This document shows positions 1-10,947 of a stretch of DNA of 64,000 nt, one piece after another. The DNA lies in assembly GCA_002189035.1 (NCBI GenBank), contig NEEC01000009.1, positions 3,100,001 through 3,164,000 on the forward strand, read 5' to 3'. The notes below the pieces were generated by a model. It did not search any database, was not told where the DNA came from, and saw nothing but the letters and a program-made list of their open reading frames with translations. The position numbers and the translations under genes are program-made. How positions within the stretch are numbered: the first letter of the stretch is position 1; each line of letters opens with the position of its first letter. Source of the DNA: Utricularia gibba. Taxonomy: Eukaryota > Plantae > Magnoliophyta.

Positions 1-269
1 CAACACTTCTAAAGTTTGACAAAAATCCCATGTCAAAACCGAATCAGTGGAACACCAATTGGGTCTGAAATCCATTTTGAACAAGTCAAATTGGGTTAAT
101 ATATACATTATTTTTTAAAAATTTTATATGACTAATTTATTTGTTGTACACTTGTAATATAAAAGTATGAGTCCATTTAATATAACTTTTCAAAAAGTTT
201 TTTTCGTTCATATTTGATAACAAAACTATTTTAAGACTAGAAATTGTTTTTTAGATGGGAGAGTCGAAT

Positions 270-411
270 CGGTTAACGATTATGAAATAAGAGAATGCAT
301 GTAATATTATAATTACCGGTTAACCAGTATGAAGTAAGACAATGTATGTAATACTATAGTTACCGGTTAATGAGTATGAAATAAGACAATGTATGTGATA
401 CTATAATTACC
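270..411. repeat. Tandem minisatellite, 3 diverged copies of a 47-bp unit
   Basis: Units start at 270, 317 and 364, each beginning CGGTTAA; consensus about CGGTTAAnnAGTATGAAATAAGACAATGTATGTAATACTATAATTAC. Read directly from the sequence. Confidence 0.9.
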
Positions 412-561
412 ATAAATCAATCCATGTTACATAGATATAAGTCCTAAGGAAAGGGGAACACTGCATAAATGCCACTTGCTCTTCTTATTTAATGTCTGCT
501 GCCTAACAAGAACTGCGTTCATTCATTAGTCATCATCTCATCAACCCTTGATCATGGTTAC

Positions 562-1334
562 TTAGATTAAGCTCCTGATGATGGCTGCCTCCTGGCTTTC
601 TGCGTCAACAGTGGACAGAAGCTGGGACAGTCTCTCGCTTAGATCATCCACCTCTTTCTGCAGCTCCTTGATGTAGTTGCAGGCGTCTCCGAGCACCTTG
701 TTCGCCGCCGCCTGTAATGGGTTCAGAAAGTGAAACCATGGCACACTGAGGAATGATCTGTAACATGATGAAGTTATGCACTCGTCCGACACATTTAATC
801 CCATCGGATTTTCAATTGGGGAGATGAGATTTTGAATATTTACGTCTCTATGAATAAATGCCTCTTAAGTTGTTGCATCATTAGGTCTTCTTCCCCTTGA
901 GGGCTATGGGTCAAATGGGCAGTTGAAAGCTGAGGACTGTAAAGGTAGGTGTTTGAAAGAGATGACGCTATCACATTTATATTGTTTTTTTCCGATGTGG
1001 GTATTTGTGTCAGTAAGAAAAAAACGATTCTTGACTGGATTACTGCCACCATTACCTTGTAACGATGTCTTGTGTATGCAGATGTGGAGTTGTGGAGAAA
1101 ACAAATAAACCAGTTGGGTGAAAAGAAGAAACTAGGGACTTTTTGGGGCTGGTTTTCAGTCAGGAAGGCGACAGACAGAACAATCAGGCATACCTTGTTC
1201 GATCTCCTACTGTTGGAGCGCATCTCAGGGAGGAGCCGGTGCAGCTTAGAAAGAAGGTCGACTATCTGATCGTCGGTTATTCGGGCGGCGCCGGAGCTGC
1301 TGCTGGTCGACATCCGGGACCTTCTACCTGACAT
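562..1334 (-). CDS. PRE: PRE/ILI-family atypical (non-DNA-binding) HLH protein, 96 aa, 2 exons
   Basis: Exons 1334-1194 (MSGRRSR...[19 protein letters not shown]...SNK) and 711-562 ([32 protein letters not shown]...AAIIRSLI*), phase-0 GT-AG intron. Matches the PRE1/BNQ family motif. Exact paralogue not assignable. Confidence 0.95.
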
Positions 1335-2756
1335 GGTGGAAATGTAGGCAGGCTCTGGGAGTGAGTGTTGTTGTATGTGTGTGTCTGGGGATGGAAGTGA
1401 GTGAGTGACTTGCGGGATTTAAAGGCGCTCGGAAATGTGAGTGTGTTAAAGGCTCCGGTGGACCACTGAAGAAAGATCACTGAGGAATGGGGCATCATGC
1501 ATAGGTCACAAACAACAACGAAGGCAGTGATGTCTGATGTGAAAAAAGATCACTTCATTAGAAGGATTCATCAAATGCTATGATCTCAAGAATCTTCATT
1601 TAGGATCACCCCTTTCTGTAGGGCGAGTACCAAACTTCACAACAAAATAAAATAAATCAAAATACTTAGATATTGAAAACTATTTCCTCCTCCATTAATT
1701 ACATCAGATCCCTCCTGTGTCACTGTTTGGCCATTCCTGGGCGGTGGTTCCACAGATCAAAGCCGGTGAATAGCCTTCAAGTAACGTGATGGGTTAGCAG
1801 AGGAGCAGGGAGGGTCGAGTTTACAGGAACAATGGCACCATGACTGTGACGGGTGGTTGCCTGTCCAAAGAAGACACAAAAAAAAAAAAATCAAGTCGAT
1901 GTACTAAAAAAATATGGTTACATGTTAGATGTGGAAAATGGGTCGGCTTTCCTTTTCCAAGTAACGAACCAGAGCGACAGAAAGATTTCATTGTGTTTTT
2001 TTTCAAACAAAATTGGGGCTGTGTGGCCATCCCGTGACCATTAATGAGCTGTGATTCATTAGGATTGCGTAAGAGCAGCAGCTTTGCGCCTTGTTGCAGT
2101 TTTATTAATACAAAGAGATATCATGTGATCTCATCGTGAAGGGGTACCAGCGTTTGAAAACCAGCAACAAGTTGCAGAAAGTTAGACTTTGTCGAAATTC
2201 AAGATCCCATGGATCAAACCAGTATGAGGGTTTGAACCTTACTGAGGCAGCGTGTACCTGCCTCTCTAACCCAATCAATCTGATTTTCTAACAGCCCTTG
2301 TGTCTGTTTGTCTGTTTGTATTAGATTTTGGGTTGGTTTTGTACTAGGGAAGATGGAAGTTCATGCGGGTGTCCCCAAGATTACAAGGCCATGTGGTGTA
2401 GCAGTGGAGACCCCCATCTGGTCGTACGGATGACTCTCCATCAATCAATGCAGTCCATCATTTGTCACATTTCTAAACCCCTCTTTTTGTATCCAGCCAT
2501 CCACTCAACCGGCGTTGGACTTTATGATGGAACTGGTGGCATCCTAAAAGCATGTGACAGGTTGAATAATTGCAGACACGAATGAGCAGAGTGAGTGCAG
2601 GGGAGGGGGACACGGCGAGAAGATGATGGATACGTTTGTGACAAAAAAATGGATTCTTTCGGTGTGCATACACTTGTAAGAAGGGTTACTAGTTCAGGGG
2701 AGACAATCACAGAGTCATCTACATGATACGGAAGCGAACTGGTTAACTACAAAAAC

Positions 2757-5700
2757 TCATGCACTGTGCTGCTGCAGCTGAAGCAGCCTGCCGTACGCCC
2801 CATCCGGCCGGTTGATCAGCTCGGCGTGGCTGCCCTGCTCCACGATGCGCCCGTCTTGGACCACGCCGATGCTATCAACCCCTCGGATGGTCGACAGGCG
2901 GTGCGCAACCACCACAGTCGTGCGCCCCCTCATGAGCCTTTCCAGCGCTTCTTGGAGGACACATTCTGATTCTGCGTCAAGGGCACTGGTTGCCTCATCT
3001 AGCAGCAGAATCGTAGGGTCTTTCAAAACAGCGCGGGCGATCGCAACGCGTTGTTTCTGGCCGCCGGAGAGCTGAATGCCTCTTTCTCCGACAGGGTATT
3101 GTAGCCCTCCGGCAATGAACTGATGAATGCGTGGACGTTTGCTGATCTTGCTGCTTCGATCACTTCGGTTTCGGTGGCTCCGTCTTTCCCGTATGCAATG
3201 TTGTCGAAAATGGTTGCTGCGAAAAGGGCTGGTTCTTGCTGGACTAAACCGATCTTGAGGCGCAGGGATTTTAAGTTCAGTCGCCGGATATCTTTGCCGT
3301 CGATCATAACCTTCCCGGCGGTTGGATCATAGAACCTTTCAATGAGGGCGATGACGGAGCTCTTACCGGAGCCGCTGGCGCCAACCAAGGCCTGGCTCTG
3401 GCCGGCGCAAATGCGCAGATTGAGATCCTTGAAGACGAGCACATCCGGACGAGATGGGTATGCAAAATCTACATGACGCAGCTCGATCTCACCACGCAGT
3501 GTGCTAACCGTCTCTGCTTCTTCGTCATCAGGGTCGATTTCGGTGCCCCGGTCAAGGATCGAAAATACCGAGCCAATGGCTTCCCCACCTCTGATGATCT
3601 CTGGAGCGAGGCTCACCGTCTCCGCAACTGAATTGGCCGTGATCACCAGGACAACGAACACCTTGATCACCTTGGAGAAAGTAGACAGGCTCTCACTAAC
3701 TAGGCGTGCGCCATACCAAAGAATCAGTGCTTCGGATGCATAGAGAGCAAGCTGTGAGAGGCCAAACAGAAATCCCGAGCACTGGCTGCGATGAAGACTG
3801 CGATTCTGCGGCACACGGAGCTCGTGGATGAACAAAGACAGAACCTTGTCTTGTGCATTGAAGGCTGCAACTGTACGTATGTTGCTCACGGCTTCACCGG
3901 CAATCATACTGGTTTTCGCATGCGCTTTGGCCGTGTCTCCGGCGAAGCCTTTCAGCGATAGTTGCTGCAGAATCCCACATCAACACCAAGCTTAGAAAAA
4001 AGCAGTAAAATAAAGGAGTACAGATTAATCCAATCTCCGCTGATTCAAAGCAAGACAAGTAAAAGTAAAAAGCTATCACGGGGTATGAAAATCTCTGACA
4101 ACCAAAGAATCCATGTTCAAAAAACGACAACATATAATGATATTCAGGGTCCATGAATTTTAGGGGCAGTCCGCATGCCGACAATAGCTTGAGTTAAGCA
4201 AAAGAAATCAATAATTCACTGGGACAACACACACTGACAACTGAGACAAATTCATAAAACCCCCAGTACATTTTCCCAGGAGTGCCCTGTACATGTCTGT
4301 CTGCCTGTCCGTGCAGTGGTGTGAACTTGTGTTATTTTCAGTAGAAAAGATGTAAAGGAATCACGTGTATGCTAAGCTTCAATCATGCCATAGAAAAAGA
4401 AAGAACGGAGGAGCATTTTCTAGTGTTCGTTTGTTTACCTGGGCAAAGTTTGCAAGAACAAGGAGAGGGAAGGTGGCCAGAATGAGGAGGGAGACCCTCC
4501 ACTCAACTATGAAAGCAACTACAAAAGATGTTAGAAGTGAGGTCATGTTTTGTAAGATTACAGATATCCTCTCGGCAATGGCCGACTTCACATCGGCAGC
4601 ATCTGTTGCAAGACGGGCAGAGAGAAGATTGGAATTGTTCTCTTCATCGTCAAACCATCCCACTTCGTTCCTCAAGATGGCTGAAAATCCAAACAAAACA
4701 GGATGAGCAAATATGCTGTAATGAAGTAGTGCTGAATAACCTTTTACCTGCAAGCATCATGCTCCTAACTCTGGTAGTAAGATTTTCCCCCATGATGCTG
4801 AAGTAGTAGTGCTGAATAAGATAAGCCACAACAGCATAGAGGCCAGCACCAATATAAATGAAAACATATTCCTTCGTCTTCCGGATCATAAGGGCCGGAT
4901 CCTGGTAGTAGAACACTTCGATCATGTTGCTCATTACGATTGCAAAGGTTGGGCCAATGAACCCTGAAAGTATAGATCCTACTGCTCCCATGACTGAATA
5001 AGGCCATTCTGGTGCATTGAGTCTAAGAAGTCTGCAAAAGTAACCAGCCACAGCTGGATTTCTCCCATCAGTTCCAGCATTGGAAGTCATCTTGATACGA
5101 CCATCAGCTCCAGTGCTGTAAGAATAGCTAAGGTTTCTGAGACTTCCAGCACGGAGGCTGAGGGATTTTGTGGACAAGGAGTGGCTCAGCTGAGTTGACC
5201 TACTCCGACGAGTGGAAGGATTCACTCTACTGCCCACCATTTCCTGGAATCTGATCAAGGAGGCGTATGCACCAGCTTTAGCAATCAGTTCATCATGCGT
5301 TCCAGTTTCAACAACCTTCCCCTGCTGTATAACCGCAATGGAGTCCACATTTTTTATCGTTGATAAACGGTGAGCAACGACAACAGTCGTTCTCCCAACC
5401 ATCAAGCTATCCAGTGCTTCTTGAACAATGCTTTCCGAGCTAGCATCCAGAGCACTCGTTGCTTCATCTAGCAAAAGTATTTTTGGGTTCTTGAGAACTG
5501 CTCTGGCTATCGTTATTCTCTGTTTCTGACCACCCGAGAGCTGGATACCGTGTTCTCCTACCTGCAGCAACCACAATCTCGTTTGTTGAAAAGACTCTCA
5601 GCTTTGGAAATGCTAATTCAACATTTGGCAAAGGAACAAACGTGAGTGCTGTATCCATTAGGAAGCGAGGTGATGAAGCCGTGAGCATTGGCAGCAGATG

Positions 5701-7842
5701 CAGCAGCTTCAACTTCCGCCATTGTTGCATCAGGCTTCCCATAGAGAATATTTTCCAGTATGGTGGTGGCAAAGAGTGCAGGTTCTTGGTTCACCAATCC
5801 GATTTGATTGCGCAACCATTTCATCTGCAATGTCTTTATGTTCACATCATCCAGCAAAACTTCCCCTGTCAAATTTCCAAATCCATGATGAACATTCAGT
5901 CCAAAAAACAAGTAATGAGAGAGCAGCATGAGCAAACAGTCACCTTTATTAGGATCATAAAACCTTTCAATCAGGGAGACAACGGTGCTCTTCCCTGAAC
6001 CACTTCCACCAACAACTGCAACCGTTTTCCCAGCGGGAAAGAAGATGGAGAAGTCTTGGAAGACCATGACATCTGGTCGAGATGGGTAACTGAAGGTCAC
6101 ATTTTTCAACTCAACATTTCCCTTCACTTCACTTAAGCACTTAGCTTCTGATACATCGTCCTCGATGATGGTTGGCTTTTGCTTGATGACTTCCAGCAAC
6201 CTGCAACCAGCAGCCTTACCTTTGCTAAATGCACCTAGGTTTGAGAAGGATTGACCCAAACTCCTGCAGAAATCAATGCATCAGGTTCACTTTTTTCGAT
6301 TCAAATGTAGAAAAGCTTCAGGTCTGGATTTTACATTCCACCAACAATGGCTGAAAAGATGGCGGTAAAGGCCTTCCCACCATCGGTCTGCCCAGTTCTT
6401 ACAAAAACACCAGCGTACCAAAACACAAGAGCCCATGACATACATGCTATTCCATAGGTACATCCTAATCCCAGTCCCTTGGCCATTCCAGCCTTGTATC
6501 CCAGCTTCAATGTCTTCTGTATTAACTCTGAGTATGAGTTCAGGGCTTTCATCTCACCAACATACGAGTAAACCGTCCGAACTTGCGAAATCGACTGCAT
6601 CAAATCAAATGAACTTCATAGATCAGCTTGAGTTCAGAAAGAGACATGAACCGGTGATCCATAACTCACCTGCTCAGCAACAATACCAGCATTCGCATAC
6701 GATTCACGGGTTTTTGATGTGATGCTAGTGATGGTATATGCATATAAGCCACCGGAAAGTGCAATACCAGGAATCACAGCCACACTGAGCAAGGCCAGCC
6801 TCCATGCAGACACAAAACCCACGACCAATCCAGCCAAGAACGTCGAAAGATAATGAATGAAGTTACCAACCTTGAATCAATCCCAACATCACAACAAGAA
6901 AGTCAATTAAACCATCATTTAGGCAAGAACCAGACAATCAATGTGCAGAAAAGATAAAAACCTTCTCACTGATTGCATCTTGCACAAGCAGTGTATCCGT
7001 GGAGACGCTGAAAACAATGTCTCCGGTTCTTGCATCGGTGTCGAAAAAACCCACATCTTGTTTCAACACTGCCTCCAAATATTTCTTCCTAAGAGCACCA
7101 GCTTGCCTCTCACCGGTGTACATCCAACAAGCTATTTCTGCGTAGTGACATGCGTACACACAAAAAAAGTTCTTTTACATTCAAGAAAATCACGGCAACC
7201 AAAAGCTTCATAGCATTCTACTAGAAGACAGACGTGACCAACATTGGAAACATCGAGCCTATTGAATAAAACTTGAAGGATGCCGTAACCAGGCAGTATA
7301 AAAAAAGGAATGCTTGCAAGAAAGAGAGGGACAAGCAGAGTGGGTCCAGACAACACGTGATTTCTGAGCTGGCTTCATACACAGAATTGAAGCAAGAACA
7401 TGATACTGGGAGAAGATAAGCGTCACATTAACTAAAGAATAGAAGGCCCACCTGCGAAAGAAGAAAAGCAGACCACTAATCCCAAATATACGAAATAGAG
7501 AGAATACTGCAAAGAAAGAAAAAAGGTCAGATCTGGTTAACAATGTAATTCGAAAACGCCGGAAATTACTGGCAAATATGGAGCAGAAAGAAGAACCTTG
7601 GCAACTTCATGGGTCATCTTGTTCAAATCCATTTGATTCTTGCCGAAGCCATTTATCATTTGACCGAAAAGCAAGAAAAAGACCGGCATTGAGGAGCCGT
7701 GAATGATGGCCCCTAAGCTTCCGGCAGCCATCAGCACATAGTCGTAGTTATCCGCAAATGAGAACAGGTACAAGAACGGCAAACTCTGCTCTTTCTTCTT
7801 CTCCGTTTCCGAGGGCGTTTTACCATCCGTAGCCTCCGCCAT
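2757..7842 (-). CDS. ABCB19: ABC transporter B family member 19 (auxin efflux P-glycoprotein), 10 exons, one 1-nt frameshift in the last exon
   Basis: Exons 7842-7597, 7506-7452, 7137-6962, 6870-6670, 6594-6335, 6263-5944, 5865-5642, 5561-4748, 4680-4439 and 3964-2757, all GT-AG with consistent phases. N-terminus [10 protein letters not shown]...[12 protein letters not shown] and linker [22 protein letters not shown] are ABCB19-diagnostic; two Walker A/LSGGQ/Walker B sets. Last exon is 1208 nt (3n+2), with the frame break at GGG 3094-3096. Confidence 0.93.
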
Positions 7843-9430
7843 TTTCCAAGAAACCAAGAGCAAAATAAAAATGAAGAAAAAGTTGATACCTTTCCACCCC
7901 CTTCAAAGTTCAAACTACCCCTCCTCGGAAGAACGAAATTTTCTTAACCCAAACAACCCCTTCTTCTTCACCCTCCGTTCCCATTCTCTCTGTCCCTCTC
8001 ACCATATACTATTGTCACTGGTCGTCGAAGAGTTAACAGAGTTCAGCATTGAAGCTAACAACCCGGAAGCGGTATGAAGTTTGAACGAAAGAGAAAGAAG
8101 AAAAGCAAATGCTTGCTGTCGTGCAGCACTACCGGTCAAAGCGATGGCGACAGGGGAACTGGGAAGAGTAGATAAGAACGCAGTGCGGGAGAGGGAGAAA
8201 GAAAGATGGGGGGATCTCATGGAGTAGTCAGTAAGATTTATAGATTGGAAACCGCTACAAACACATGCCAAAGAGCTCAAGAAATTTCACTCCTGTTGGC
8301 TTGAGAAATTAATGGGTTCGCACTGTCAGAATTAAAATGGAATCTCCGCAGTACCCGCATCGACATCTGTGCTGGGTAACTGCAGTAAACACTCCCAAGA
8401 ACCTAACGGAAAACACAAGAATTCCTCAAGACGGAGATTTTTGTTTTCGTCCCAAAATCATTTTCCAGGTACTTTTTCACAACGGTCAAAAATTTTTCTT
8501 ACAGCACAGCACGGGCATCGGTGGAGGAGGTCAAGGGGGGAAGCCATAGCCATTTACTCTCACTGTCAATTTTCCCGTCCCATGCCCCCCTTTCTCCGCC
8601 AATAAATGACAACTCCAGAGCCTTTTTAGGGTGTCTTTCGTAATTTAATTTCACACTTTCTAACATTTCTACCTTTCTCCCGTTGGTTTCATAAATCATT
8701 TATTTATTGCCCATGACCTCACCATTTCAAATTGAATAAAAATAATATTATTAATTATTATTTATTTATTTTAAAAAATTGCTTCTTTGTCTAGTCATGT
8801 ACATAGGAATATCCTTGAGTTCGTGTGCAATAATTCATTTTCCTTAAAATTTTTTAAATAAATGTACGTTTTTTTAAAAAAAAATCCCCAAATTAAGAAG
8901 TAGAATGCGACGCGGGTACCAAAATGGAGCCCGAACCCGACCCCGCTGGTGCACGCTAGCACGGTCCAACAAAGGAGAAGCCAGCCTTAGGGTCGCATCC
9001 ATGCGAAAGAAAGCCCGTGGAAAAAGTGTGGATTTTTAGGTATCATTTTCTGGATTGTCCTGTCCGCATTTTGCTTCGATGTCTGAAAACGAGTGACGTT
9101 TGTAATGTTTTTTTTTTCCCTTCTTTTCGATAATAATAATAAAAAAGTATGTGCGCATTTGCCGTTACATCAAAATTGCTGATTTTATTAAAAAAATAAA
9201 AAAATACATTACAGAGTCCAGTTTCATAACTGTCCGGAAGGACGGTGGGTGGAAATTATGAATGGAATCAGATTCATGTTTTTTAAATTCGGCTCAATAG
9301 TTTTTATAAAAAAAAATAGAATTGTAGAAATTTAGATTTAGATAATAAAAAAAATATAATTAAAAATTAATAAATTCAATTTAAATAGGTGGAAAATTGT
9401 AAATCAGGGAAACACAAGTGGGTCGGGGTA

Positions 9431-9445
9431 CACGTGGCTTGTCTC
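9431..9445. promoter_or_regulatory. Composite G-box/ABRE (CACGTGGC) plus AuxRE (TGTCTC)
   Basis: CACGTGGCTTGTCTC lies in the divergent ABCB19-DEG8 intergenic region, about 1.6 kb upstream of ABCB19. Motif match only. Confidence 0.3.
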
Positions 9446-10947
9446 TTTTTTTTGTTTTATTTGATTCTATTCAAGTTTTAAAAGACACTGGTCCAGGTCC
9501 CAGACGGAGCAGCAAGGAGCGGGGGTTCACGAGGGTTTATGTGTAAATTCACAAAGACCACATCCCCCTTTCACCTTGAATGGGTCGTGCTTAACACGTT
9601 CTCATACTCAGGGTGCTGATGTGAATTCGAGACTATTCAAAGTGAAAAGACAATACTATCCTCTTCGCTTACATATCCTTTCATTTAGTGGTAATTTTCG
9701 AAACAAATGTTACATGTAACATGAGAGGTGGCCAGCTGGAGCCATTAATGTCATGGACTCCAATTGTGAGTAGTCTCTCTAATTGCCAATCAATATTGAC
9801 AACCCTTGATTATGACATTTTTAATCTCAAGCAGATTTCTTTTTCAAATAAAAATTATTATTTTTGATAATAAAATTGATTATAAAATATTTTTATGGAA
9901 GCATGACTATTTCAAGAAATAAAATCTTGAGACAATTGTCGCTTCTCAATTAGAATTTATGTACTTTAATTAGCTGTTATTGTCATATTTATACGGGAAT
10001 TTAATTTTGCTCATAATTCCGTGAGCCTACAGTACGTCTCTGTCCTCGTGCAGCTGGGGAGCCCATGGAACATGTGCGACAACCAGTAGCTCCATGCAAT
10101 CATACAGATGATAAAAACATGGTCAAATTTAATAATATTAATATAATAATTTCATTGTTAATTTTTTTTTAAAAAAAAACAAATTTCTACCGGGGTAAAT
10201 AAAAAGAGACCCTCCTCCACCTCTTGTACTATTTTTTTTTCATTTTACCCCTCCTATTTATTTTATATTTTAATTTCCCCCCTGAAGCTGAAATCAATGT
10301 TCCATGCATTTTAATTATTTAAAAGCATGTGGCCTGTTTTAATAATAAATGAATTTATTGCGTGGCCAGTCTTGCAATTTTGTGATATTTGGTTTCACCG
10401 CAACGTTAAACATTACTTTTAGGTTAAGTATGATTGAAGTAAAAAGAATGAAATGATTTAAAATCTCATATTTTTTATTTTTATATTGATTTAATAAATA
10501 TTTATATTAAAAAAAATACTTACCAAAATCAGTACTTAGTATTTTGCATTGCAGTCCCTCATCTACTTTATTCATACAAAAAAGAAACACTTTTTCACCG
10601 GTACGGTTTACCCATTGTTGCTTTTTCTCTTGGTGAAGTTTTAACAAATTATTCACAGCCATCTTTTAGTTTCTTTTTATTTTAATAATATATGATCTGA
10701 CAGAATTAAAATCATTTAAGAAATAGGGATGAAGCGGGTGTATGGCCGAATGGGCTGAACTTTTTCTTTATTTGGGCCTCAAGTTAGAATACTACGAATG
10801 GTGTGTTGGGCCTGATGTGGCTCATAACGAGCGTCCATTGATAAACTTTGAGGTACGAGGTTGAGCTTGTCAAATGGCCGTTTCTTCGTTACGGAAAGAT
10901 AACTCTATAGTTCCAGTGTTGTGCCCCTTTCGCTTGGACACGGAGGA

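Noticed and set aside
2766-6722. Many plus-strand ORFs over ABCB19, and similar ORFs opposite ZHD, SMC4, LEA14, pectate lyase and DHAD
   Set aside because: Antisense or off-frame shadows of real exons in GC-rich coding DNA, with no recognisable motifs.
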